Assembly (NCBI GenBank): GCA_035285865.1 | Contig: JAYKHS010000017.1 | Span: forward strand, 57,534 to 121,533 | Direction of reading: 5' to 3' | Origin: Candidatus Sericytochromatia bacterium | GTDB lineage: Bacteria > Cyanobacteriota > Sericytochromatia > S15B-MN24 > VGJW01 | Length of the DNA stretch: 64,000 nt | In this document: positions 39,223-48,486 of the stretch, piece by piece | Layout of the letters: every line of letters starts with the position of its first letter | How positions within the stretch are numbered: the first letter of the stretch is position 1 | The notes under the pieces: model-generated | Seen by the model: the letters and a program-made list of their open reading frames with translations, nothing else | Databases searched by the model: none | Told to the model about the DNA's origin: nothing | Position numbers and translations under genes: made by a program

Positions 39223-39897
39223 TCAGTCCAGAGCGAGCTCGCGTGTCGCCGGTGCCTTGGGGCCCAGAACCCGAGCGTGGAATTCGTGCAACTCCCGTCG
39301 ATAGATTTCGGCCAGACGGTTGGGGCGTCCTTCGCTGTCCTTGGGCGCGAAGGGACCAAGCTGGAGACAGACCTGCCGCAGATACCACAGGGTGTCGTAC
39401 CGGCCGCCGTTGAACCGACCCCAGCTGCGCTCGCCCAGGACGAGGAAGTCCTCGCGTATCGACCGCAGGTTGGACAGCTTGTCCGCCAGCACGACCCGGA
39501 CCAACTGGCCGGGCTTGGCGTGGTGCAGCGCGCCTTCCCCGCGCGCCAGTTCGACCAGGTGGGCGATGTGCTTCTCCTTGCGTGGCCGCCAGGCAGGCTT
39601 GGGCTTTTCGAAGGTGTCCGAGCAGGCCTCGACGATCTCGGCCACGAGGGGGCCGAACTTGTCCCCGATGGTCGCCAGCGTTTCTTCTCCGCCCTGGTCC
39701 TCCGGACCGTCGTGAAGCAGGGCTGCAATCGCCTCATCCTTGGATCCGCCGTCCTCGAGGACCAGCGCCGAGACCGCCAGCAGGTGGCTGATGTAGGGCA
39801 CGGTGGTGCCCTTGCGCATCTGGTCCTTGTGGAGTTCGGCCGCGTAGATGAGGGCTGCGCGGAAGCGCTGGGTGGCGGAGTCGACGGTGGTGGTCAT
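39223..39897 (-). CDS. HD-domain protein, small alarmone hydrolase-like
   Basis: H..Q.RKG..PYISH; LLHD..ED; ADKLSN. Confidence 0.85.
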   Translation of the reverse strand: MTTTVDSATQRFRAALIYAAELHKDQMRKGTTVPYISHLLAVSALVLEDGGSKDEAIAALLHDGPEDQGGEETLATIGDKFGPLVAEIVEACSDTFEKPKPAWRPRKEKHIAHLVELARGEGALHHAKPGQLVRVVLADKLSNLRSIREDFLVLGERSWGRFNGGRYDTLWYLRQVCLQLGPFAPKDSEGRPNRLAEIYRRELHEFHARVLGPKAPATRELALD

Positions 39898-39958
39898 GGG
39901 GGCGATGTACCCGCGGGCGCGCGCTCGGTCACGGGAGAGGCGGGTACATGGCCCGTGG

Positions 39959-41875
39959 ATGAAGCCTCCCCGACCCCTGCTGCTGCTCCCGACCGCGTGG
40001 CGCGCCGGGGTGTTGGCGTTGATTTTGGGTGGCGGTTGTGCCGATGCCCCCACCGCGAGGGTCCAGACGGTCCTCGGGGGAGGAGCCACCACGGCTGGGG
40101 TGTCGGCTCCCGCCGGTTCCGGACAGGGTACGGCACCAAACAGCCTGCAGCTTGCCTCGATCGCCAGCCTCGAAGGGGCGGTTCGGGGGCCGGTCGGTCT
40201 CGTGGCCAACAATTCGGCGTCGCTGGTCGGCAATGGTGCTGCCGGTCTCGTGGCAAATGGCGCAGGGGGGCTGGTGGCGAACGGTGCCGGCGGTCTGGTG
40301 TTTCGGCGTCGTGTTCAGAGCGCCTTCCCCGAAGAGGCCGTGAGCGGGGCACTGGTGTACCTTGCGACGCCGGCAGGACAGTTCGTCACGGATGCTTCGG
40401 GCCGTATTCTCTCCGCCGTCACGGACGCCCAGGGGCGATTCTCGCTGGCCGAGGTGCCCAGTCAAGGGTTGGCGCTCGTTCAGGTGATGCTCTCGCGCCA
40501 ACGGCGGCTGGTGGGGTACCTGCGTCTCGCGGCAGGTCGGCAGGTCGTCGAGGTGGACATGGCCACGACGTTGGTCACGGAGACCTTGCGTGAGCACGCG
40601 CGCCTGCGTGGAGTGGACTTTGCCGACCTCGCGCCACCCCGCGTCGATGATCTGGTTGCGCGCACCCGGGTCTTGCTGGCCGAGGGGCGCTTCGGGGCCA
40701 TCAATATCGGTCGCGATGATCCGGACCTATCCATTCCGGGTATTCCGGCGCTCGTGAACCGGTACCTCGCCATGGCGGCGCGTGACTCCGCGCTGGCAGG
40801 GGCGTGGGCCGGGGTGTTGGGCTATGTGCCGCTGGCGCTGGACCCGGCGCCAGGGGACTTCCTGGCCGATGCCCGGGTCAAGGGTTACCAGCCCCACGCG
40901 CTGGCGTGGGATGCCGCCGGGGGACGCATGGCCCTGGGGTTGCGGGGGCAGGCCGATACGCGCATCGTCGTCTGGCAACCGGGCGCGGACACGCCGCCGC
41001 GCACGGTCGAGGCTGCGACCCTGCACGGGGATGGTGGCGTTGGCTTGCGTCTCTCGAACCCGGATGCCATGGTCTGGATGGCCTCGGGTTCACTTTGGGT
41101 GGCGGACGGAAACCAGGCCATCTTCCGCCCCGAAGGCCTGCCGACCTATCTGTTGCGCGTCGATGGCCCCGACAGGGTCTTTCGTCTGTTTCTGCAGGCA
41201 CCCGAAGGTGGGCATGTGGGCGAGATCTGGGGGGCTGCCCTGGCACCGGACGGCAGCCTGTGGATATCCGATGCCACGCGAGGGGTCCTCCGGCGCATCG
41301 CGGCAGTCGACCTGTTTCCGGCCGTCACGTCCGACGGGGTCGGGATCGCCTCGGCACCGGCGATGGTCGGGCAGCTCGACACGTCAGGGCTTGCCGAAGG
41401 ATCGCCCGCCGAGGCTCGCTTCGACTTTCCCATGGGACTGGTCTTCTCCGGCTCGGACCTGCTGGTGGCTGATCGCCAGAACCATCGGGTCCGGCGGGTC
41501 GTCGGGGCGGGCAGCGGTGCACCCGTCCGCGTCGTGACCGAGGTCGGCGGAGGAGCGTCGGGGAGCGGCCGCGGCAGCCTGGGGCTGTTTGCCGACGAGG
41601 GCCTGTCACCTGATCAGGCCGTGCTCCGCCATCCCGACCAACTGGCGCTCGGGCCGGACGGCCGTCTGGTGGTCTCGATGGAAGATCGTGTGGTGGCCGT
41701 CGTCGACGGTCGCGTCCGGACCCTGGTGACCTCGGCGTGGGGAGCGTTTCCGAGCGGCGAAGCCCGCCGGGTCTTCACGGACGAGCGACTCGGCCTGGTG
41801 TTCGCGGGAACCGGGCTGTGGCTCTCAGCGACGGACGGTCCCGGTGTCAGTCGGCTGACGGGAGTCTGGCCATGA
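39959..41875 (+). CDS. Lipoprotein with 8-aa Gly/Asn repeats and NHL beta-propeller
   Basis: Lipobox GGGC; LVANNSAS/LVGNGAAG/LVANGAGG repeats; 'ARFDFPMGL...VADRQNHRVRRV' NHL. Confidence 0.8.
   Translation: MKPPRPLLLLPTAWRAGVLALILGGGCADAPTARVQTVLGGGATTAGVSAPAGSGQGTAPNSLQLASIASLEGAVRGPVGLVANNSASLVGNGAAGLVANGAGGLVANGAGGLVFRRRVQSAFPEEAVSGALVYLATPAGQFVTDASGRILSAVTDAQGRFSLAEVPSQGLALVQVMLSRQRRLVGYLRLAAGRQVVEVDMATTLVTETLREHARLRGVDFADLAPPRVDDLVARTRVLLAEGRFGAINIGRDDPDLSIPGIPALVNRYLAMAARDSALAGAWAGVLGYVPLALDPAPGDFLADARVKGYQPHALAWDAAGGRMALGLRGQADTRIVVWQPGADTPPRTVEAATLHGDGGVGLRLSNPDAMVWMASGSLWVADGNQAIFRPEGLPTYLLRVDGPDRVFRLFLQAPEGGHVGEIWGAALAPDGSLWISDATRGVLRRIAAVDLFPAVTSDGVGIASAPAMVGQLDTSGLAEGSPAEARFDFPMGLVFSGSDLLVADRQNHRVRRVVGAGSGAPVRVVTEVGGGASGSGRGSLGLFADEGLSPDQAVLRHPDQLALGPDGRLVVSMEDRVVAVVDGRVRTLVTSAWGAFPSGEARRVFTDERLGLVFAGTGLWLSATDGPGVSRLTGVWP
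40199..40300 (+). repeat. Tandem 24-nt (8-aa) L-V-x-N-x-A-x-[GS] repeat, 4 copies
   Basis: LVANNSAS LVGNGAAG LVANGAGG LVANGAGG LV. Confidence 0.9.
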
Positions 41876-43719
41876 CCGGGCGACCGACCAGTTTCGGCGT
41901 GCATGCCGTCGGCAATCGCTTGATGGCTGCTTGCCTCGTGCTGGTTTCGGCTTGTGCCGCGCCGACCGCAAACCGCAGTCCGTCGAGCAGTTTCGAGGGG
42001 ACGCGCGTGACAGCTTCCCCTGTTCTGGAACAGCCTGCTCCCGGTGCGCCTGCGGCCCTTTTGTCCGGTGCCCTGCGCATCCCCGTGACAGATCCGTCCC
42101 GTACCGTGGCGGCAGGTGTTCCTGTCGCTGCCGCGCAACCCGAACTGGCAGCGGTCGGTAGCCGTCCCAAGGACGAAGTTGCCGGTCGCGAGGCCTTGAT
42201 CTACCTGACGGACCCGGAGGGTCGGCTGGTTTCTTTCGAGGGCCAGGCCCGCATCGCCACGACCGTGGATGCCGAGGGGCAGTTCCGCTTCGACGAGCGC
42301 CTTCCGGTCGGTCGGCCGTTGTTCCTGACGGCCCTTTTGCCGGGCGATCGTCGCCTGGTCGGCTTCGTCGTCACCCGACCCGGTGAAAACACGATTACCG
42401 TCAGTCTGGCGAGTACTTGCGTCGCACATCTCCTCGCACGCATGGCTCGGGAGTCGGGTCGGGATCTTGCGGGCTACGCCGCGGAGAGCCTGCTGGATCT
42501 CACGGCCCGCACGCGTGCGCTGATGCTGGCCGGGCGGCTGCCGGTGCCGGATCTCACGATCGGTCAGGATCTTGAGGTCATGCATGCCTACGTCGTGGCG
42601 ATGGCCGAGGAACCGGATCTGCGTCGGGCTTGGGGCCGCCTGCTCGGCGCACCTCTGGTGCCTGCCGTGACGGCGTTTCGAGCGGACGACTATGTCTATG
42701 GGGCCGCTGCCAGCCCCGGATGGCTCTACTGGGTCACGAACAATCAGATCTTCGCGGTTCCCGAAGCCGGGGGAGAGCGACGCCTGCTTGTCGGAGACGG
42801 GGAAGACACGTCCATCATGGAGCCCGTGCCGCCGGACGGGACGGAGGCGGCAAGGGCCAAGTTCGGCAACATGCGCTTCGTGTCGACGTCACAGGGCGAC
42901 TTGCTGGTGTTCCTGTTCCTGCGTGGCACCGTCGGGATCGTGCCGGCTGCTTCGGGAACCCGTTTCGGACAGGCGGTGACGGCAGGTCGCTGGACCCGGC
43001 TCGTCGGCGATGGCGTGCAAGGCAATACCGGAGACGGCGGGGACGGTCGACAGGCCCGCCTGATCGAGGTGGACGGCATGGTTCCTGACGATCGGGGTGG
43101 GCTCTACTTGCTTGATCCGATCGCCGGAGTCGTCCGGTACTTGAGCGGGACGGACGGCGTGATCACGCGGGTTCACGATCTGGCCGCGACGGCAGCGGCC
43201 TCGGGCAGCGCCTGGACAGCTCCGGCCACTGGTTCGGCAGGCTTCTCGGGACTGGCGTGGCGTCGTCTGCCCGACGGGCGCGAACAACTTTTCACGGCGT
43301 CGATCCAGCACCAGCGGCTTGGAGTCCTGACGCAGCCGGCTACGGGATCATGGCAGGATGCTCGGCTCGAGTCCTTTGCCGGGACAGGCGAGCGGGGCTT
43401 TGCCGGAGATGGCGGACCAGCCGATGGGGCGCAGTTCGATTTCCCGGCTCGCATCGATGCCGTACCCTTGGTTCTGGATGGCCTTCGTCAGCAGTTGTAT
43501 GTCGCGGACATCGGCAACCTGAGAGTCCGAGGCATTGACCTCGCCACGGGGCGCATCCGGACGGTGGTCGGTGGTGGCGTCCGGGTCGCGGACGGGGAGG
43601 CCGCGTCCTTGCGACTTGCTTTCCAGGACCCGGACGGGATGGCCGTGGGGGCGGACGGCAGTCTGTACCTGCCCCTCGGTTCGCGAGGCACGGGATTGCG
43701 CGTGCATCCGGCCGACTGA
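41872..43719 (+). CDS. Paralogous lipoprotein with NHL repeats
   Basis: Lipobox VSAC; GDGG.A..AQFDFP, YVADIGNLRVR; N-domain aligns with upstream gene; ATGA overlap. Confidence 0.8.
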   Translation: MTGRPTSFGVHAVGNRLMAACLVLVSACAAPTANRSPSSSFEGTRVTASPVLEQPAPGAPAALLSGALRIPVTDPSRTVAAGVPVAAAQPELAAVGSRPKDEVAGREALIYLTDPEGRLVSFEGQARIATTVDAEGQFRFDERLPVGRPLFLTALLPGDRRLVGFVVTRPGENTITVSLASTCVAHLLARMARESGRDLAGYAAESLLDLTARTRALMLAGRLPVPDLTIGQDLEVMHAYVVAMAEEPDLRRAWGRLLGAPLVPAVTAFRADDYVYGAAASPGWLYWVTNNQIFAVPEAGGERRLLVGDGEDTSIMEPVPPDGTEAARAKFGNMRFVSTSQGDLLVFLFLRGTVGIVPAASGTRFGQAVTAGRWTRLVGDGVQGNTGDGGDGRQARLIEVDGMVPDDRGGLYLLDPIAGVVRYLSGTDGVITRVHDLAATAAASGSAWTAPATGSAGFSGLAWRRLPDGREQLFTASIQHQRLGVLTQPATGSWQDARLESFAGTGERGFAGDGGPADGAQFDFPARIDAVPLVLDGLRQQLYVADIGNLRVRGIDLATGRIRTVVGGGVRVADGEAASLRLAFQDPDGMAVGADGSLYLPLGSRGTGLRVHPAD

Positions 43720-43749
43720 CGTCCTGACACCTTCAGGCTGCGTCCGGTC

Positions 43750-44532
43750 TCAGGTCGGCATGCCCATCCGGATCCGAATGGCGCGGAAGGCCTCGCTGCG
43801 GCTGCCGTCCCGCAAGCGCAGGGTCAGCGGATCCTCCGACAGGTCGTGCCCGGCTTCGGATGGCTCCGCGTTGCGGCTCCAGGCACCCAGCACGAGCAGG
43901 GGCGGATCGCCCTCACGGGCGTGGACGGGCAGCAGGCGCACGGGGGCGAGCGCGCGGGTGGCCTGTTCCAGACGGTCCATCTGGCGACCGTCGTAGACCA
44001 TCACCAGCAGGCCCCTCGGACCGAGCAGCTCCGGCACGACCGCAGCATAGGACTCGAGCGAGCCGATGAGGTCGAAGCGGCAGCGGGCCTTGTCGTCGTC
44101 GCGATGGGTGCCGGATGCGACCGGCCAGTAGGGCGGCGTGGCCGTCACGAGGGGCCAGCCGTCCCGAGGGGCACCGGCCTCGTGCAGGATGCGGGCCGTG
44201 TCCCGAATGTCTCCTGCCAGCAACAGGCTGCGGTCCCGGATGCCGTTGCGCGCTGCCGACTGCCGGGCCAATGCAAGCCGATGCGCTTGTTTTTCGATGC
44301 CGGTGACGTGCAGGTCCGGAAGGGCCCATGCCAGCATCATCGCCACCGATCCCAAGCCTGTCCCGAGGTCCAAGGCGCGGTCTGGCCGCATGCCGAGGCG
44401 GTCCAGCGTCTCCAGCGCGAACCACGCGCAGAGCAGGTCATCGGTCGACCAGCGGTGGCCGTCCCGCGGTTGCAGGATGCGCCAGTCCCCGACGAGCGCG
44501 TCGTCGGTGTGGGCGGCTTCCTGTTCCGGCAC
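43750..44532 (-). CDS. SAM-dependent methyltransferase, tRNA1(Val) m6A37 (YfiC/TrmN6)-like
   Basis: ILQPRDGHRWSTDD; LDLGTGLG; TPPY. Confidence 0.82.
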   Translation of the reverse strand: MPEQEAAHTDDALVGDWRILQPRDGHRWSTDDLLCAWFALETLDRLGMRPDRALDLGTGLGSVAMMLAWALPDLHVTGIEKQAHRLALARQSAARNGIRDRSLLLAGDIRDTARILHEAGAPRDGWPLVTATPPYWPVASGTHRDDDKARCRFDLIGSLESYAAVVPELLGPRGLLVMVYDGRQMDRLEQATRALAPVRLLPVHAREGDPPLLVLGAWSRNAEPSEAGHDLSEDPLTLRLRDGSRSEAFRAIRIRMGMPT

Positions 44533-44579
44533 GGCGCATCATGCTAGCACCGTGGATTCCGGCTACCATGCCCTTTGCA

Positions 44580-45242
44580 ATGGTTGTATCCTTGTCCCGC
44601 CGGCTCATGGCTGAAGCCATGGGGACCTGCATGCTGGTGGTGACGGTCGTGGGCTCGGGCATCATGGCCGAGCGCCTTTCCGCCGGGCAGCAGGCCCTCG
44701 CGCTGTTGGCCAACGCCCTCGCGACGGGTGCCGGGCTGTTCGTCTGGATTGTGACGCTGGCACCGTTGAGCGGGGCTCACTTCAATCCGCTGGTGTCCGG
44801 GCTGGGGCCGGGATCTCGCGACATCCCTCGGCCGGAGCGCGTGGGGTACGGCGTGGCACAGACCGCCGGTGCCCTCGTGGCAATTTTGATGGTCCATGCC
44901 ATGTTCGGGTTGCCGCTGGTGCAGGTGTCGGACACCGTGCGGACCGGTCCCGGGACCTGGCTGGCCGAGGGCTTGGCGACCATGGCCCTGCTGTCGGTGC
45001 TGCACGGCGCCCGCAGGGCCGGACATGGATTGGTCTTGACGGCGGCCAGCGTCGCGCTCGTCATCGTCGCCGGCTACTGGGCGACGGCATCGACGTCCTT
45101 CGCCAACCCGGCCGTGACGCTCGCCCGGGCGTTCACGGACACGTTCACCGGCATCCGGCCTGTCGATGTGCCGGCCTTCGTGGCGGCGCAGCTTGCCGGC
45201 GCGTGGCTGGCCGGGCTTGTCTGGCGCGGCGTGGAGGATTGA
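44580..45242 (+). CDS. MIP/aquaglyceroporin (AqpS-like arsenite channel)
   Basis: SGAHFNPL and STSFANPAVT; VVGSGIMAE; adjacent to ArsC. Confidence 0.88.
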   Translation: MVVSLSRRLMAEAMGTCMLVVTVVGSGIMAERLSAGQQALALLANALATGAGLFVWIVTLAPLSGAHFNPLVSGLGPGSRDIPRPERVGYGVAQTAGALVAILMVHAMFGLPLVQVSDTVRTGPGTWLAEGLATMALLSVLHGARRAGHGLVLTAASVALVIVAGYWATASTSFANPAVTLARAFTDTFTGIRPVDVPAFVAAQLAGAWLAGLVWRGVED

Positions 45243-45245
45243 CTG

Positions 45246-45674
45246 GTGGACGTCGCGCGCGTGGTCTTTGCCTGTGTCCACAATGCGGGCCGTTCCCAGA
45301 TGGCTGCGGCCTGGTTCAACCTGCTGGCTGATCCTGCCCGCGCCGTCGCGACGTCGGCGGGCACGGAGCCGGCTGTCCGCGTCCACCCCGAAGTTGCGGT
45401 CGTGATGCAGGAGGTCGGCGTGGATTTGTCCGGGGCCGAGCCGGCCTTGCTCGATGTCGCACGGATGCAGGGCGCAGCCTGCGTCGTCACGATGGGCTGT
45501 GGCGAGGCCTGTCCCGTGGTGCCGGGCGTTCCGTTGCTGGATTGGCCGTTGCCGGATCCGAAGGGGCAGGATGTCGAGGCTGTCCGGGCCATCCGCGACG
45601 CCATAGCCGAGCGGGTTGCCGCCTTCGTGGTGGAGCACGGCTGGGGCAAGTCCGGGCCAACAGGTACCATGTAG
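45246..45674 (+). CDS. arsC: Arsenate reductase, LMW-PTP (thioredoxin-type) family
   Basis: CVHNAGRSQM; TMGCGEACP; DWPLPDP. Confidence 0.9.
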   Translation: MDVARVVFACVHNAGRSQMAAAWFNLLADPARAVATSAGTEPAVRVHPEVAVVMQEVGVDLSGAEPALLDVARMQGAACVVTMGCGEACPVVPGVPLLDWPLPDPKGQDVEAVRAIRDAIAERVAAFVVEHGWGKSGPTGTM

Positions 45675-45691
45675 GCGGAGGACACGCATCC

Positions 45692-46075
45692 ATGCCCCAA
45701 GCCCCTTCGTCCACCCAGTTGAACGTGCTGGGCCAGCCCCTGGAGTCCTGCAGCACCGATCCGTTGACGGGCTGGACTCGGACTGGCTGCTGCGAGGTCA
45801 ATGGTGACGATTTCGGGGTGCATGCCGTTTGTGCCGTCATGACCGATGACTTTCTGGCTTTCTCGAAGGCCGCGGGCAACGACCTGAGCACGCCCCGCCC
45901 CGAGCACATGTTCCCGGGCCTCAAGGCGGGTGATGCCTGGTGCCTGTGCGCTCCGCGCTGGCAGGAGGCTTTCGAGGCCGGCATGGCGCCGCGCGTGCGC
46001 CTCGCCGCGACGCACCTGGCCGCGCTCGAGTTCTGCAATCTTGCTGACCTGCGCCGCTTCGCGGTGGACGGCTGA
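45692..46075 (+). CDS. DUF2237 family protein
   Basis: NVLG.PLE.C..DPLTG..R.GCC; GNDLSTP; WCLCA.RW. Confidence 0.92.
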   Translation: MPQAPSSTQLNVLGQPLESCSTDPLTGWTRTGCCEVNGDDFGVHAVCAVMTDDFLAFSKAAGNDLSTPRPEHMFPGLKAGDAWCLCAPRWQEAFEAGMAPRVRLAATHLAALEFCNLADLRRFAVDG

Positions 46076-46579
46076 TTGCCTGAGCCGGGACTGTCCTTTC
46101 GTACGTCTGCCGAGGGTGTGCTGATCGACGTACGGGTCCAGCCGCGGGCGGATCGTGATGCCATTCGTGGTCTCGTGCACCTTGCCATCGTGTGCGGGCT
46201 GCTGCTTGTGCAGGTCTGGGCCTGCGTCCCACGGGCGCTTGCGGCCGAACCGGGTCTGCTCGGCAGCTGGCGGCATCCTGAGGAGGATGTGGTCGTCCAG
46301 GTCGTCCGGACGGGCGAGGGCTACCGTGGCGTCGTGACCTCCGGGGATGCGCGAATGGTCGGGAAAGTCCTCTTCCGGGACGTGCGGGCCGATGGTGGCT
46401 CCGGCCGTTGGCGCGGGCAGATTTTTGCCCCGAGGCGCGGGTCGTGGCTGGATGCCGACTTTGCCCTTGATGCGGAGGCGCGCCTCGCCATGACCGTGCG
46501 TGTCGGGATGTTCTCCAAGGTCATCGCGTGGACGCGCGTGCCGGCTGGTGGACCCGCGACCCGCAGCGCGACGCCTTGA
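46076..46579 (+). CDS. DUF2147-like secreted protein preceded in frame by a DUF167 (YggU) N-terminal remnant
   Basis: 'GVLIDVRVQPRADRDAIRG' then a signal-like segment then 'G.W...; WRGQIFAPRRG...; WTRV'. Confidence 0.65.
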   Translation: MPEPGLSFRTSAEGVLIDVRVQPRADRDAIRGLVHLAIVCGLLLVQVWACVPRALAAEPGLLGSWRHPEEDVVVQVVRTGEGYRGVVTSGDARMVGKVLFRDVRADGGSGRWRGQIFAPRRGSWLDADFALDAEARLAMTVRVGMFSKVIAWTRVPAGGPATRSATP

Positions 46580-46591
46580 GAGGAGGGGGAC

Positions 46592-47185
46592 ATGTCCGTA
46601 GCCGAGCCAGTGTACGAGGTGGTGCTCCGGGCACTCGAGTTCGAGGTGCGGCGTTACGCGCCGTATGTGGTGGCCGAGGTCGAGGTCGAGGCTGCATTCC
46701 CTGACGCGGGCAGCGTCGGTTTTCGGCCGCTGGTCCGCTATATCGGGGGGCAGAATCGTCATCAGGATGGCGGTGCACGTGAGCTGCCGATGACGGCACC
46801 CGTTCTGCAGGGGGCCGGAAAAAGTGAGGCCTTGCCGATGACGGCCCCTGTCCTCCAGGGGGAGGCAGCGGGCCGGACCGGTCGTCACGTGGTGCAGTTC
46901 GTCATGCCCGCCGGGATGGGACTCGCACAGTTGCCGCGTCCCACGGACGCACGGGTGGCCCTGCGCGAGGTGCCCGGCCGGGACGTGGCGGTGTTGCGCT
47001 ACAGCGGCTTCTGGACCGAAGAGGCCTTTCGCGAGCAGGAGAAGCGCTTGCGCACGGCGGTGGCCTCGGCCGGCCTCGAAGTGACGGGGGCAGCCAGTTG
47101 GGCGCGCTACAACCAGCCCTTCAGCATCTGGTTCATGCGCCGCAATGAGGTCTGGTTGCGTCTGGCAGCGCCGTTGGCCCGCTGA
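46592..47185 (+). CDS. SOUL heme-binding family protein
   Basis: EP.YEV, EVRRY, GFR.L..YI.G.N, MTAPV, RYN.PF...RRNEV. Confidence 0.92.
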   Translation: MSVAEPVYEVVLRALEFEVRRYAPYVVAEVEVEAAFPDAGSVGFRPLVRYIGGQNRHQDGGARELPMTAPVLQGAGKSEALPMTAPVLQGEAAGRTGRHVVQFVMPAGMGLAQLPRPTDARVALREVPGRDVAVLRYSGFWTEEAFREQEKRLRTAVASAGLEVTGAASWARYNQPFSIWFMRRNEVWLRLAAPLAR

Positions 47186-47235
47186 CGCAAAGTGGCGCAT
47201 CCGCCCGTTCGGGGTAGGAATTCGCTGGTAGGCAG

Positions 47236-48402
47236 ATGACACAGCGTGTGACGGGCAAGATCAGCGCCGTCTCCGCGCCGCTGCAGGCGAAGGTGCCTGC
47301 GGGTGGTCGGGGCGGCGAATCCGCGCGCATGGCGTCCGACAGCCTCGCGATCTCCGCTCGGTCCGTCGAGGACGAGGATGTCGTGGCCATGACGGCCGAG
47401 GGTGCCAAGGCGCTCAAGGAGAAAGTGGAGGCCATCGAGGCGGTCCGGCGGTCCGGATCCGGCGTCGTGGCGGCGGGCTTGGGCGCGTCTGCCGTGGCGG
47501 CTTGGGCAGGGCTTACGGAGAGCGCGCGTCTGGCCGAGCTGGCCAAGGCGGTCGAGGCAGCGACGGGCGGGGTCCAGAGCGGCAAGGACCTCTTCAATGG
47601 TCAGAAGGACTTGCGGCGTCACCTCGAGGCCATGCGAGCGGCTCAGGCCCAGGGGTTGCATTATCGCCCGGGCGTCGATGCATTGGATTCGCTCAGTCGC
47701 CTGGGCAGGATCACGGCCACGCTCGACGTGGTCAGGGGTGGCGTCGGGGCGGTCCAGGTCGGCCGTGTCGTGGCGAATCTGGCACGCGACCCCGAGCTGT
47801 TCACGCAAAAGGCCACGTGGGATCGGTTAGGTGCCGGGGTTCTGGATACGCTGACCGGGGCCGGGGCGGCCTTGCGCCTGGCGGGTGTGGGATCGGTGTT
47901 CGTGGCCCGATTGAATCCGGTCGCGGGCATCGCGGCCGATGGCGTCGGGTTGTCGCGGCTTGCCTCCGAGATCGGGGACGAAGGCTTCTCCGTGGGCAAG
48001 GCCGTGGGCCTCGCGCGCCACGCCGTGTCCATCTCGGGCCATACGCTGATGCTGGTGCCCGGGGGGCAAGTGTGGGCCGTCGGCCTCAAGACCGCCGCGC
48101 TGGGGCTGGACCTGATCCAGTTCGGCACCGAGAACCATCAGGCCTTGGTCGCCGGCGGCAAGGCCGCCGTCGATCTGGCGGGTCACGTGGCCCATCGGGC
48201 GCATGACTTCATCGAGGATCCGGGGCCCGTCTCGCGCGAGCTGGCCGTCAGCATGCTGGCGGATGCCCGCAAGGTCGTCCGGTTGACCGGCGACAAGGCC
48301 GAAGGCGTCCTGCGCGTGGCCCGGCGGATGAAGGATTTGATGCTGGATGCCGTGATGCCTTCCGGTGCCGCCTCAGATGCACGCTTGGCCGCACCGGGCT
48401 GA
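47236..48402 (+). CDS. Hypothetical Gly/Ala-rich amphipathic helical protein
   Basis: 388-aa ORF with GC-typical codons; no signal peptide. Confidence 0.7.
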   Translation: MTQRVTGKISAVSAPLQAKVPAGGRGGESARMASDSLAISARSVEDEDVVAMTAEGAKALKEKVEAIEAVRRSGSGVVAAGLGASAVAAWAGLTESARLAELAKAVEAATGGVQSGKDLFNGQKDLRRHLEAMRAAQAQGLHYRPGVDALDSLSRLGRITATLDVVRGGVGAVQVGRVVANLARDPELFTQKATWDRLGAGVLDTLTGAGAALRLAGVGSVFVARLNPVAGIAADGVGLSRLASEIGDEGFSVGKAVGLARHAVSISGHTLMLVPGGQVWAVGLKTAALGLDLIQFGTENHQALVAGGKAAVDLAGHVAHRAHDFIEDPGPVSRELAVSMLADARKVVRLTGDKAEGVLRVARRMKDLMLDAVMPSGAASDARLAAPG

Positions 48403-48486
48403 AGCCCGGGCTGCGTCAGCAGCCGCTCGGCCCTCGTGCGAAGTATGTTGATTGATTTAGTAAGTTTCGCAAAATTTTATTTTTGT

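Noticed and set aside
46783..46862. Duplicated LPMTAPVLQG segment in the SOUL protein
   Set aside because: A doubled MTAPV motif is common in bacterial SOUL proteins
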